Part shown: piece after piece, positions 1-8,840 of the stretch | Numbering within the stretch: position 1 is the first letter of the stretch | Layout of the letters: the number at the start of each line of letters is the position of its first letter | Source: Gammaproteobacteria bacterium MedPE | GTDB taxonomy: Bacteria; Pseudomonadota; Gammaproteobacteria; Enterobacterales; Psychrobiaceae | Direction of reading: 5' to 3' | Assembly: GCA_001874365.1 (NCBI GenBank) | Contig: MPDF01000004.1 | Location: 1-32,000 of the forward strand | DNA: 32,000 bases | Position numbers and translations under genes: made by a program | The notes under the pieces: model-generated | Seen by the model: the letters and a program-made list of their open reading frames with translations, nothing else | What the model was told of the DNA's origin: nothing | Databases searched by the model: none

Positions 1-1
1 A

Positions 2-205
2 ACATCGCCCAACTTCAAACAAGATATTAACCAAGCACAATCTGAGCTGACAAAGCTGGCGAGCAGTGACTCTTTTTCAAAGCTAGGATCGTCTTATCAA
101 GAAGCGGTAAAGAGTAGCAGTGCTGCGCTGGAGATTATTGAAAAAATTTCGCCGCAGCGTTTATCTAATCCCTTTGTAAATCGTTATTTAGATTTTGCTA
201 GTTAA
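2..205 (+). CDS. 3' end of an unidentified protein-coding gene truncated by the window edge
   Basis: Frame 2 is open from the window edge to TAA at 203-205 (68 codons, ...LSNPFVNRYLDFAS*). A hairpin terminator follows 20 nt downstream. No family recognised. Confidence 0.35.
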   Translation, partial: TSPNFKQDINQAQSELTKLASSDSFSKLGSSYQEAVKSSSAALEIIEKISPQRLSNPFVNRYLDFAS

Positions 206-224
206 CGATTGAGATTAGAAAACA

Positions 225-250
225 AAAAACGGCTCCGAAGAGCCGTTTTA
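225..250. terminator. Bidirectional rho-independent terminator between convergent genes
   Basis: aaaaac-GGCTC-cgaa-GAGCC-gtttta. The short GC stem is flanked by an A-run and a T-run. It sits between the partial + strand gene (stop at 205) and glyA (stop at 274). Confidence 0.55.
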
Positions 251-273
251 CATAGTTATCGTTTATTGGGGAA

Positions 274-1569
274 TTAACGATATAAAGGGTATTTTTCACA
301 TAGCTCTTGCACCAAACCTAAAACACGTTGCTCTTCAGCGCTGTTGTCTTCAGGGTTGCTTGCTAGACCATCTAATACATCACCAATCCAGTGACCAATT
401 TGAATGAAGTCTTCTTCACTGAAACCACGGCTTGTGCCTGCTGGTGTGCCAAGACGGATACCTGAAGTAACCATTGGCTTTTCTGGATCAAACGGAATAC
501 CGTTTTTGTTACAGGTGATACCTGCACGTTCTAGACTTTCTTCTGCTGCATTACCTTTTAGCCCCTTAGGACGTAGATCAACAAGCATTAAGTGAGTGTC
601 TGTGCCGCCAGTAACTATGTCACAGCCGCGAGAGATTAGCGTATTAGCTAATGATTTAGCATTGGTAATCACTTGAGAGATGTATGAGTGGAACTCAGGC
701 TCTAACGCTTCACCTAATGCAACCGCTTTACCAGCGATAACGTGCATTAATGGGCCACCTTGAAGACCTGGGAAAACCGCTGAGTTAATTTTCTTAGCGA
801 TGTCTGCATTGTTGGTCAAGATCATGCCACCACGTGGGCCACGCAATGTTTTGTGAGTTGTTGTTGTAACAACATCGGCGTATGCCAATGGATTTTGATG
901 ATGGTTTGTCGCAATAAGACCTGCGATGTGTGCCATATCAACCATTAGGTAAGCACCTACTTCGTCAGCGATTTCACGGAAACGGCTAAAGTCGATTTGA
1001 CGTGGAATTGCAGAACCACCGGCAATGATTAGCTTTGGTTTGTGCTCGCGAGCAAGTTCTAATACTTGGTCGAAATCAATCGCTAGATCAGATTCACGAA
1101 CACCGTATTGAACAGCGTTAAACCATTTACCTGATTGCGCTGGACGTGCACCGTGAGTCAAGTGACCACCTGCATCCAGTGACATGCCTAAAATGGTATC
1201 GCCTGGCGTTAATAGTGCTTGGAATACTGAACCGTTAGCTTGTGCGCCAGAATGTGGTTGTACGTTAACGAACTCACAATCAAAGATTTGCTTTGCGCGA
1301 TCAATCGCTAATTGCTCAACGATATCTACGTATTCACAACCGCCGTAGTAACGACGACCTGGATAACCTTCAGCATATTTATTAGTTAATGCGCTACCTT
1401 GCGCTTCCATTACGGCTTTTGAAACGATGTTTTCAGAAGCGATCAATTCAATTTGTTGCTCTTGACGTTTATTTTCTAATTCGATTGCCATTTGTACGGC
1501 ACCATCGGTTGCTGGTAAACCTGATGCGAAGAAATGTTCTAGTTCGAATGAGCTGTAATTACTTTTCAT
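274..1569 (-). CDS. glyA: Serine hydroxymethyltransferase
   Basis: Full-length SHMT similarity (ELIASENxxS, YAEGYPGxRYYGG, PLP-lysine motif [14 protein letters not shown]). I start at ATG 1569 (MKSNYSS...) rather than the track's TTG at 1620, because the 17-aa extension has no counterpart in SHMTs and overlaps a palindromic operator candidate. Confidence 0.95.
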   Translation of the reverse strand: MKSNYSSFELEHFFASGLPATDGAVQMAIELENKRQEQQIELIASENIVSKAVMEAQGSALTNKYAEGYPGRRYYGGCEYVDIVEQLAIDRAKQIFDCEFVNVQPHSGAQANGSVFQALLTPGDTILGMSLDAGGHLTHGARPAQSGKWFNAVQYGVRESDLAIDFDQVLELAREHKPKLIIAGGSAIPRQIDFSRFREIADEVGAYLMVDMAHIAGLIATNHHQNPLAYADVVTTTTHKTLRGPRGGMILTNNADIAKKINSAVFPGLQGGPLMHVIAGKAVALGEALEPEFHSYISQVITNAKSLANTLISRGCDIVTGGTDTHLMLVDLRPKGLKGNAAEESLERAGITCNKNGIPFDPEKPMVTSGIRLGTPAGTSRGFSEEDFIQIGHWIGDVLDGLASNPEDNSAEEQRVLGLVQELCEKYPLYR

Positions 1570-1612
1570 AATCGTTCTCTTATTAGGTTGTTTTCCACAT
1601 AATAGATTAAAA

Positions 1613-1628
1613 GTTTCCAATTGGAAAC
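1613..1628. promoter_or_regulatory. 16-bp perfect palindrome GTTTCCAATTGGAAAC in the glyA / XRE-cupin divergent spacer (candidate operator)
   Basis: Read directly. The dyad centre is about 51 nt upstream of the glyA ATG and about 130 nt upstream of the regulator gene. Confidence 0.35.
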
Positions 1629-1750
1629 CTTTGTTTGTAAATTGTTAATAAATTGTACTGTAGTAAACTTTTGTTAAGGTGTTTCTACTGTCTATTTTTT
1701 ATGTAACAATTGCCACCATCTCTAATAAGCTTTATGTATGGATTTAATTA

Positions 1751-2368
1751 ATGACCACCGATATTTACCCTTCAATGACTGTTGCCGATAATGAACAAAA
1801 AGAACGTCCGGTAGAAAAGATGCAATTGGGTAAACAAGTCAAAGCAATTCGTAAGCAAAATAACCTGACGCTAGAAGAAGCAGGTAAATTAACAGGATTA
1901 GCGCGTTCTACATTGTCTAAGATTGAGAACGAACAAATATCACCAACCTTTGCTGTTATGCAGAAGTTGGCAGCGGGATTGAATATTGATATTCCGCAAT
2001 TGTTTACGAAACCAGAAAAGGCACAGGCTACAGGTCGTCGTGATATCACTAAGTCAGGTCAGGGTGTTCCGCATTTAACACCGACTTATGAACATGAATT
2101 GTTATCAACACAGTTAAGCCAAAAGAAAATGATGCCTTATCGCTCTCGCGTTCATGCGCGCTCGTTTGACGATTATGGCGATTGGGTACGTCATGAAGGC
2201 GAAGAGTTTTTACTCGTGCTTGAAGGTGAAGTTGAGTTATATACTGAATTTTATGAACCAACGAAATTAACCGTTGGCGACAGCGCTTATTATGATGCAA
2301 TGATGGGGCATGTGGTTATTTCGACATCCAGTGAAGATGCACTTATTTTGTGGGTAACAACGAGTTAA
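1751..2368 (+). CDS. XRE-family HTH transcriptional regulator with C-terminal cupin domain
   Basis: N-terminal Cro/C1-type HTH (LTLEEAGKLTGLARSTLSKIENEQISPT) and a C-terminal cupin-like beta-barrel segment (GEEFLLVLEGEVELY...GDSAYYD). The start is uncertain; in-frame ATGs at 1751, 1778 and 1820 are all possible. Confidence 0.85.
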   Translation: MTTDIYPSMTVADNEQKERPVEKMQLGKQVKAIRKQNNLTLEEAGKLTGLARSTLSKIENEQISPTFAVMQKLAAGLNIDIPQLFTKPEKAQATGRRDITKSGQGVPHLTPTYEHELLSTQLSQKKMMPYRSRVHARSFDDYGDWVRHEGEEFLLVLEGEVELYTEFYEPTKLTVGDSAYYDAMMGHVVISTSSEDALILWVTTS

Positions 2369-2384
2369 TCACATTTTAAGCAAG

Positions 2385-4745
2385 TTAAAATAATCCCATT
2401 TGGACATCAGTTATTTGTGCGTAGCTGGTGCCAATGAAAGGCAATATCCCGTCAACAATAGGAGCAATTTGTTTGTCGATGTAATGTTGATAATCAATAA
2501 TGCTCGTTAAGTAGTCCACTGGCTCAGGTCCATTGAGCGTCATAATATAACTAATGCTACCTTTGTGTTGATATTGCAAAGGTCTGCCTAATGCTTTGTT
2601 TCTTTCATCGGCGAGACGTGCAGCTTTAACTTGCGGTGGCACATTTTTAACGTATTGTGATAGTTCACGGCGCAGGCGTTTAGTGTACACGAGCTTGTCA
2701 TCAAGTTTACCTTGTTTTACGTCATCAATGATTTGCAAAATAAAGTCTTTAGGGTCTTTTTTGTCGAATACTTGTTGATAAACCGCTTGTTGAATATCGC
2801 CTGCCAATTCAGTCCAATCACTTCTGACGCTTTCAAGACCTTTAAACACTAACTGATTTCCCGTTGATGTAGAGAGCAATCCTGCGTAGCGTTTCTTGCT
2901 TCCCATTTCTGAGCCGCGTATGGTTGGCATTACAAAGCGTTGATATAAGGTTTCAAATTCAAGTTCCATTTGGCAATCTAAATCAAAGTCTTGGCGTAAT
3001 TTTTCTCGCCAACGTTGATTAATGTCTTGTGCTAATTCTCGTCCAATCTGATTGGCTTGTTCACTATCATATTCATGACCGACTAATACAAATACAGAAT
3101 CTGTATCACCGTAAATGACTTGATGTTTCTCTTCAATCCACTCGGCGGTCTGTTGGATAATTTGATGGCCCCGCATGGTAATCGAACTGGCTAATCGTGT
3201 ATCGTAAAAGCGACAACCGCCTGAGCCAAGTACGCCATAAAATGAGCTCATTAAAATTTTGATGGCTTGAGAGCGTGGACTATCATTGTCTTTTTTGGCT
3301 TGATCGCGTTGTTGCCAAAGATCGGTGATAATTTGTGGCAAGAAATGTTTGTCACGAGAAAACTTCGCTTGTTTAAAACCGTCAATAGCTTGTTGTGGAT
3401 CATTTAATCCTTCAATTAGGCCCATAGGATCGATCTTGAAAGTACGAATGATAGAAGGGTATAGACTCTTGAAATCAAGTACTAGCACATTGTCATAGAG
3501 TCCGGGAATTGAGTCCATGACATAGCCACCGGGACTTGCTAAACCGCCATCAGGTGGGAGGTTTGGCGCGATATATCCTGCGCGGTGTAATTTGGGTAAA
3601 TAAAGATTGGTGAACGCTGCAACTGAGCCCCCGATACGATCAAGTAGCAGGCCAGTTAGCTGACTTCTGAATATGAGAAATTCTAGTACGTTGGTATGCG
3701 CAAAAATGTCGTTTACTAAGGCACAGTCTTCGAGGTTATAGGCCGCAAGTGCTGGTTTGTCGTGCTGAAAATTATGATTAATTTCTGCCATTCGATCATG
3801 TACGTTATTGACTAATTTCCCGCGATTGAGAAGCTCGTTCGCGACAAAGTCTAAGCTAAAACTAGCAAAGTGATAGGTCGCTGATTTTAACGAGTCGATA
3901 CCGTCAACAACAACACGTCCGCCAATGCTGACGTAGCCATTATTATCGGTATTTGAGTCGCGCCAGTGCGCAAAACTTTGCCCGCGGCCAAGGCGAAGTT
4001 TTCGTCCGTGGTATTGGGCTCTTTTAATAAGGAGCCTAAAATCAAAATTGATGACATTCCAACCAATGATGATGTCAGGATCTCGCGCTTGAATCGCTAT
4101 TTCTAAGGCATCAAGCAATGCGGCTTCATCATGCACCCATTCTATATACTCATGGCTTTGCTGTGGTTCGCCAACCATGATGACTTTTTGATAATCACTG
4201 GCGTGGAGCCCAACGGAATAGAGCACGCCTTTTTGACTACATTCGATGTCTAGCGACAATACTGACAAACTAGGATTGTAGTTGCTTGGTCTGACTTTGA
4301 CCTGACGATATTCAACGTATTCTGGATGACTAATTGGTTGACCAGTAAACTCTAAACTTCCACATATAAAGCGCTCCATTAAAAAGCGTTGGTCGAGTCT
4401 AAAGTCACTTTCGTAGGTCATGATCAGTGCTTGTTTTAATAAGTAACTTGCACTGCGATATTGACTGATAGTATTAAAATAGAGGGCGCTGACATTTTTC
4501 AGTTCAAAGGTTTGCATCTCAAGTGATTTGCTATGGCATTCAATGCCTTCATCACGTAAAACTTGTAACGCTAGCGTCAATTGCTCACTCGCAATAAAGA
4601 AAACGGGTTGTTGGTCTTCAATGGTGAGTTTTACGGGGCCTTGCGCTGTCGCTAGCCAACAAACAATGACAGGCTTTGAGCCTATATCTAATGCGTGTTG
4701 GGTGAGTAAAAATCCGTGTTGGCTAGCTGAGGCTTGCATAATCAT
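2385..4745 (-). CDS. polB: DNA polymerase II (family B)
   Basis: 786 aa, colinear with E. coli PolB as I recall it. Motifs: Exo I (LSLDIECS), Pol motif A (DFKSLYPSII), Pol motif C (YGDTDS). The start could instead be ATG 4739. Confidence 0.95.
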   Translation of the reverse strand: MIMQASASQHGFLLTQHALDIGSKPVIVCWLATAQGPVKLTIEDQQPVFFIASEQLTLALQVLRDEGIECHSKSLEMQTFELKNVSALYFNTISQYRSASYLLKQALIMTYESDFRLDQRFLMERFICGSLEFTGQPISHPEYVEYRQVKVRPSNYNPSLSVLSLDIECSQKGVLYSVGLHASDYQKVIMVGEPQQSHEYIEWVHDEAALLDALEIAIQARDPDIIIGWNVINFDFRLLIKRAQYHGRKLRLGRGQSFAHWRDSNTDNNGYVSIGGRVVVDGIDSLKSATYHFASFSLDFVANELLNRGKLVNNVHDRMAEINHNFQHDKPALAAYNLEDCALVNDIFAHTNVLEFLIFRSQLTGLLLDRIGGSVAAFTNLYLPKLHRAGYIAPNLPPDGGLASPGGYVMDSIPGLYDNVLVLDFKSLYPSIIRTFKIDPMGLIEGLNDPQQAIDGFKQAKFSRDKHFLPQIITDLWQQRDQAKKDNDSPRSQAIKILMSSFYGVLGSGGCRFYDTRLASSITMRGHQIIQQTAEWIEEKHQVIYGDTDSVFVLVGHEYDSEQANQIGRELAQDINQRWREKLRQDFDLDCQMELEFETLYQRFVMPTIRGSEMGSKKRYAGLLSTSTGNQLVFKGLESVRSDWTELAGDIQQAVYQQVFDKKDPKDFILQIIDDVKQGKLDDKLVYTKRLRRELSQYVKNVPPQVKAARLADERNKALGRPLQYQHKGSISYIMTLNGPEPVDYLTSIIDYQHYIDKQIAPIVDGILPFIGTSYAQITDVQMGLF

Positions 4746-4841
4746 CTAATAGAATAGTCATTTGGCGGTATTATAGCGGTAGAGTGATGACGGCACTATC
4801 TTTTAGTGGGGCCTGCTGTCTTTTACTATCGCTTACTGGCG

Positions 4842-5282
4842 CTATGAATCGATAACGTTGAGTTTTGTTTTAATAAAATCACTATGATTTAGATATAATA
4901 AATCGCTGATTCGGCGAATTATATGTTCCTCATTATTGTCTATATCAGCGTCTGAGTTAGCCACTTGCCATAGTTCTTGCAAAAAATGCACACGCTGTTC
5001 ACGATTAAGGTGCTCTTTTAAGATGTGGGTAAATTCTTGCAATGACACCGCATTGTGCTGATGGGTTTTCGCTTGTACCAACAGTGCTTGGGCTGCAACA
5101 TCGTCGAGTTTGAAACTATCTCGAATCAAGTTGAGTATCTTAGTTTCTTCACTGGTGTGAATGTGTTCGTCTGCTGCGGCAACTTCATATAATAGTACAG
5201 CCATAGCGAGCTCTAAATTAACCACAGGTTGCGGTGTTTGCTCTGTGATGTGGGAAAATAATTGACCAAGAGATTTAAACAT
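4842..5282 (-). CDS. TerB-family (tellurite-resistance TerB-like / DjlA N-domain-like) protein
   Basis: About 146 aa helical protein with the TerB-like pattern (LAMAVLLYEVAAADEHIHTSEE...LWQVANSDADIDNNEEHIIRRISDLL). I start at ATG 5282 (MFKSLGQLF) rather than the track's 5348. Confidence 0.7.
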   Translation of the reverse strand: MFKSLGQLFSHITEQTPQPVVNLELAMAVLLYEVAAADEHIHTSEETKILNLIRDSFKLDDVAAQALLVQAKTHQHNAVSLQEFTHILKEHLNREQRVHFLQELWQVANSDADIDNNEEHIIRRISDLLYLNHSDFIKTKLNVIDS

Positions 5283-5517
5283 AGTGTGCTCGTTTATTAC
5301 GTAATAATCAGATAATAGTTTGAGTTTACATAGTATACCAGTTGCCAATGAAAGTGCATGATTTCAGCAAGACGAGAAGCGCGCCAAATACTAGGCATAA
5401 GATGTGTCGTTAAGTCATTCTCAACAAATATCTTATAACGACGTACGACGGTATGGATACCGGAGCTAGAGCAACGCAGGAGCAGTTGCCGGTTGGTCGC
5501 TTATCGCCTTGCCCGTA

Positions 5518-5616
5518 GGAGCTCGGGTAGAACACGACTACTGCGTTATGATTTATAATCAGGGAGTGACCATTAATTACAAATCATGCCTTGTATTCGA
5601 GTCCTACCCGAGCTCT
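5518..5616. other. Structured element: perfect 12-bp stem closing a 73-nt interior with a nested hairpin (candidate ncRNA, leader or MITE-like repeat)
   Basis: GAGCTCGGGTAG (5519-5530) is the exact reverse complement of CTACCCGAGCTC (5604-5615). Nested ATGATTT (5548-5554) pairs with AAATCAT (5581-5587). Further small hairpins lie just upstream (5449-5462, 5471-5489). The segment is visibly more GC-rich than its AT-rich flanks. Confidence 0.3.
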
Positions 5617-5665
5617 GAAACAAGCATCTTCAATGGTAACTGGTATATTACCAAGAGAGTCTTTG

Positions 5666-5697
5666 TAATCAATTGTGTTATGACTCACAATTGATTA
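5666..5697. promoter_or_regulatory. Perfect 12-bp inverted repeat TAATCAATTGTG-N8-CACAATTGATTA upstream of the J-domain gene
   Basis: Read directly. It ends 43 nt upstream of ATG 5740. No T-run follows, so an operator or RNA hairpin is more likely than a terminator. Confidence 0.3.
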
Positions 5698-5739
5698 GGA
5701 TTAGCTTACTTTATCAACAAAGTATCGGTTAGATTTCTT

Positions 5740-6378
5740 ATGAATATGGACATTGCTCAACACTCACCTATCACCGAGCTTTTATTAAAAGCTAACAGCC
5801 AAGATAACCCTTTAACTTGGCCATTACTTAGTTTGTTGGAAGAGCAACCGCAGCACTGGAAAGTCCACTACTTGGTCACTGCATTACGTGAAAAAGGTTT
5901 GTTGCAATCGCTTGATGACGATGAAAACAAAGATTTGTTTAAGCGTAACTTTCTAACCATGAACGCCCTTTATCAATTACAGCTAATGCTATTGCCTAAT
6001 CAGTGGTTACAAGTTCAAGCAATGGACATCTTTTTATCTCGCTCTGTGCCATCTCATGTCGAACTTGAGTTACAACATGACGTTGCTCTTAGGGATTATT
6101 ATCTCGATTGGAATAATTACGATACTAGTGGCGATTTAATTCGTGAAATGTTGAAATCATTTTGGCATAAATATAACAACTATATCGGTGAAACATCACC
6201 TACCGTTGGCAGAGAACATGCGTTAGAAGTATTTGGATTAGACAGTGATGCCAGCCCTCGTGAGATTAGAAAGCGCTGGCGTAAATTAGCGTTGGAGCAT
6301 CACCCTGACCGCGCTGGAGGCGATGCCACTAAATTCAAACAAGCTTGCCGCGCGTGGCAAACACTACGTATTGAATAG
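5740..6378 (+). CDS. DnaJ-related protein with a C-terminal J domain
   Basis: The C-terminus carries a J domain with the HPD motif (ALEVFGLDSDASPREIRKRWRKLALEHHPDRAGGD). The N-terminal ~150 aa resemble the bacterial 'DNA-J related' domain that accompanies such J domains. Confidence 0.8.
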   Translation: MNMDIAQHSPITELLLKANSQDNPLTWPLLSLLEEQPQHWKVHYLVTALREKGLLQSLDDDENKDLFKRNFLTMNALYQLQLMLLPNQWLQVQAMDIFLSRSVPSHVELELQHDVALRDYYLDWNNYDTSGDLIREMLKSFWHKYNNYIGETSPTVGREHALEVFGLDSDASPREIRKRWRKLALEHHPDRAGGDATKFKQACRAWQTLRIE

Positions 6379-6381
6379 ATA

Positions 6382-7578
6382 CTAGCGCGCGATAAAGTGC
6401 CACGCTCTGCCGCGTCGGCTAAATAAGATAATTAAACAAGGAAGTAACAACAACATATGTACGCTGAGTAAATCAACGTCATTTAATGGACTGCGTTGCA
6501 TTAAACCAACGAGCAATCCTGCACCACTCATTTGAATTAAACCAAGCAATGCTGCTGCTGTGCCTGCGCGATCGCCAAAAGGTGCCAGTGCTTTACCTGC
6601 GCTTGCTCCCAATACCAATGCGAATCCAATTGATGAACCGATGATAGGGATCATAAATGCCCAATCAGTCGCAAACCCCTGAAGAGCAACCATGGTAAAG
6701 CCAGCAAGAATTAAACTTGCTAAACCAATAGCTAACGCTTTGTAGCTGCCTACTTTGTCCATTAGTTTAGGCGCTAAGAGACTCGCCGCAATGTTGAACA
6801 CGGCGTTAATGCCAAACCACCACGTAAATTGTGTCATGGTTAAGCCGAGTTGATTCATCAAATAAACAGGCGCTGATGTAACATACGCAAGAATAACGGC
6901 CATCGCTAATAGACACATAACAGCGTGAAATAAAAATGTCGGATGATACAGGACACTCTTATAGCGTTGCCAACTGATAAGGTATTTACTGTTTACGGTA
7001 TCCGCTGGCCTAGTTTCTCGCATGCTAAACCCAATGAAAATCAGACTGATGGCACCAAAAAGTGTCATAAAACTAAAGTTGCTACGCCAGCCAAATTCGC
7101 TGGTAAGCCAACTGCCTAAAATAGGCGCCAATGCCGGAATAAAACAAATAGCACCATTAAGGTAACTTATCATGCGCCCACTTCGCTCTGGTCCAAAGCT
7201 ATCTCGTACACACGCAAATGCCGCGACAGAGGTGGCACAGGCTCCAATGCCTTGGCAAAGACGAGTAATGAGCAGTACGTCGATGCTTTTTGCTAGATAG
7301 GCAATGATTGAACAGCTAATGTAGATAATAATGCCGACTATTGCGACGGGCCTGCGGCCGTAGCGATCGGCTAGCGGCCCAGCAAATAATTGTCCTAAAC
7401 CGAGGCTAAAGATAAACCAGGTGATAGTGTCTTGAGCAAGCGCGTTACTAATGGCTAAATCGGTCGCGATTTGCGGGAGTGCAGGCAAATAAATATCAAT
7501 AGCAATCGGACTGAAAATAACCAACAGTACTAAAATAAACAATGGTTGAGTGGCCGATGATGAATTTTGCTGGGGCAT
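6382..7578 (-). CDS. MFS transporter, Bcr/CflA-type drug efflux family
   Basis: 398 aa with about 12 hydrophobic segments. MFS motif A is present (GPLADRYGRRP). The overall pattern is typical of Bcr/CflA exporters. Confidence 0.85.
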   Translation of the reverse strand: MPQQNSSSATQPLFILVLLVIFSPIAIDIYLPALPQIATDLAISNALAQDTITWFIFSLGLGQLFAGPLADRYGRRPVAIVGIIIYISCSIIAYLAKSIDVLLITRLCQGIGACATSVAAFACVRDSFGPERSGRMISYLNGAICFIPALAPILGSWLTSEFGWRSNFSFMTLFGAISLIFIGFSMRETRPADTVNSKYLISWQRYKSVLYHPTFLFHAVMCLLAMAVILAYVTSAPVYLMNQLGLTMTQFTWWFGINAVFNIAASLLAPKLMDKVGSYKALAIGLASLILAGFTMVALQGFATDWAFMIPIIGSSIGFALVLGASAGKALAPFGDRAGTAAALLGLIQMSGAGLLVGLMQRSPLNDVDLLSVHMLLLLPCLIILFSRRGRAWHFIAR

Positions 7579-7597
7579 GGTAAGGCTTCGGAAACTG

Positions 7598-7632
7598 AAA
7601 AAGGGCTAGTGTACGTGACATCTAGCCCTTTT
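7598..7632 (-). terminator. Rho-independent terminator of metC
   Basis: AAAAGGGCTAG (7598-7609, A-run shown approximately) and CTAGCCCTTTT form a stem. On the minus strand it is followed by a T-run, 29 nt after the metC stop. Confidence 0.6.
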
Positions 7633-7660
7633 TATAGCGGCATTGTGTTTGACATTGAAT

Positions 7661-8824
7661 TTATGAGAGTTTGGCCAATCCCTGCGCTAAATCGTCAATG
7701 AGATCATCAACATCTTCAAGGCCAATATGCACGCGAATGACACGGTCTTCTTCTGTCCATGGTTTTGCTGTGCGTAATCTGTCTAAACCATTTACTGGTA
7801 AAATGAGGCTTTCAAATCCGCCCCAACTAAACCCCATTTTAAAGTGTTTAAAGCCGTCAAGCATCGCTGTGATTTTAGCTTCATCACGACAATTGACAAC
7901 AAATGAGAATAAGCCATTTGAACCGCTAAAATCACGTTTGAAATACTCGTGTCCAGGACATTCTTCAAATGCAGGGTGCAATACTGTTTTAACAATAGGT
8001 TGCTGTTTTAGCCATTGTGCAACGGTTAGCGCACTTTGCTGATGTTGTTTCATACGAACCGACAATGTACGAATACCACGCAGCGCCATATAACAATCAT
8101 CTGGTGCAGCACATTGTCCTAGCAAGTAGCTATTTTCTCGAAGACGTGGCCAATGTTTTTTATTGGCGACTGCGGTGCCAAGCATCGCGTCTGAATGGCC
8201 AACGATGTATTTGGTAGCTGCTTGAATTGAGATATCGACACCATAATCAAAGGGTTTAAATAATAGTCCGCTGCCCCATGTATTATCAAGTACAACCGTA
8301 ATGTCATGTTGATGAGCAATCGCAGATAACGTCGGAACGTCTTGTATTTCCATCGTATTTGAACCTGGTGACTCTAAAAATAACATCCGAGTATTTGGTT
8401 GGATTAATGACTCGATGTCTTTACCAATCAGTGGATCGTAATAGGTGGTCGAAATACCGAGGTTCTTAAGCATATTGTCGCAAAAGGCGCGAGTTGGCTC
8501 ATAAGCCGTATCGACCATTAATAAATGATCGCCGTGTTTTAAGAATGAAAGTAGGGCGCTGGTGATCGCTGCCGTTCCACACGGATAGAGTGCACAGCCT
8601 GCACCGCCTTCTAATTCTGTCATAGCCTTTGATAGTGCAAACGTGGTCGTTGTGCCGCGACGTCCATAAAATAACGTGTCGCCTGCGCGGTTTGCCGTTG
8701 CGTGTTTCATGTCGCTGACGCTATCAAACACCATGGTTGATGCACGCTGCACAACTGGATTTACACCGCCTTGAGTCCATTTCTCTTCGCGGCCACTATC
8801 AATTAGTTGAGTATCAGCTTTCAT
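7661..8824 (-). CDS. metC: Cystathionine beta-lyase (PLP-dependent)
   Basis: Colinear with E. coli MetC along its full length (DTQL..GR, FYGRRGT, ESPGS.TME, PLP-lysine motif AATKY.VGHSD, RLHIGLEDVDDLI.DL). Confidence 0.92.
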   Translation of the reverse strand: MKADTQLIDSGREEKWTQGGVNPVVQRASTMVFDSVSDMKHATANRAGDTLFYGRRGTTTTFALSKAMTELEGGAGCALYPCGTAAITSALLSFLKHGDHLLMVDTAYEPTRAFCDNMLKNLGISTTYYDPLIGKDIESLIQPNTRMLFLESPGSNTMEIQDVPTLSAIAHQHDITVVLDNTWGSGLLFKPFDYGVDISIQAATKYIVGHSDAMLGTAVANKKHWPRLRENSYLLGQCAAPDDCYMALRGIRTLSVRMKQHQQSALTVAQWLKQQPIVKTVLHPAFEECPGHEYFKRDFSGSNGLFSFVVNCRDEAKITAMLDGFKHFKMGFSWGGFESLILPVNGLDRLRTAKPWTEEDRVIRVHIGLEDVDDLIDDLAQGLAKLS

Positions 8825-8840
8825 TGGTAATCCTATCTAA

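Noticed and set aside
1570-1620. 17-codon N-terminal extension of glyA from a TTG start (the track's 448-aa version)
   Set aside because: The extension has no SHMT counterpart. ATG 1569 gives a canonical N-terminus. The extension would run through the palindromic operator candidate.
404-2300. Track ORFs 404-595(+), 1389-1571(+), 1765-2049(-) and 2049-2300(-), antisense or out of frame within glyA and the XRE-cupin gene
   Set aside because: They are shadow ORFs fully embedded in well-supported genes. They have low-complexity or basic composition and no start context.
2596-4749. Track ORFs 2596-2778(+) and 4528-4749(+) inside polB
   Set aside because: They are antisense to a confidently identified 786-aa gene and show no family resemblance.
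4746-4841. Expected LexA (SOS) box upstream of polB
   Set aside because: polB is SOS-regulated in E. coli, but I found no CTGT-N8-ACAG-like site on either strand. The closest match, CTGTcttttactATCG, matches only half of the second arm.
5509-5694. 61-aa ORF in the TerB/J-domain spacer
   Set aside because: It has no SD, an odd composition, and runs straight through two perfect stems. The structure explains the region better than coding does.
7671-8319. Four track ORFs (7671-8042+, 7792-7995-, 8017-8217+, 8119-8319-) overlapping metC
   Set aside because: All are alternative-frame or antisense shadows of a gene colinear with E. coli MetC.
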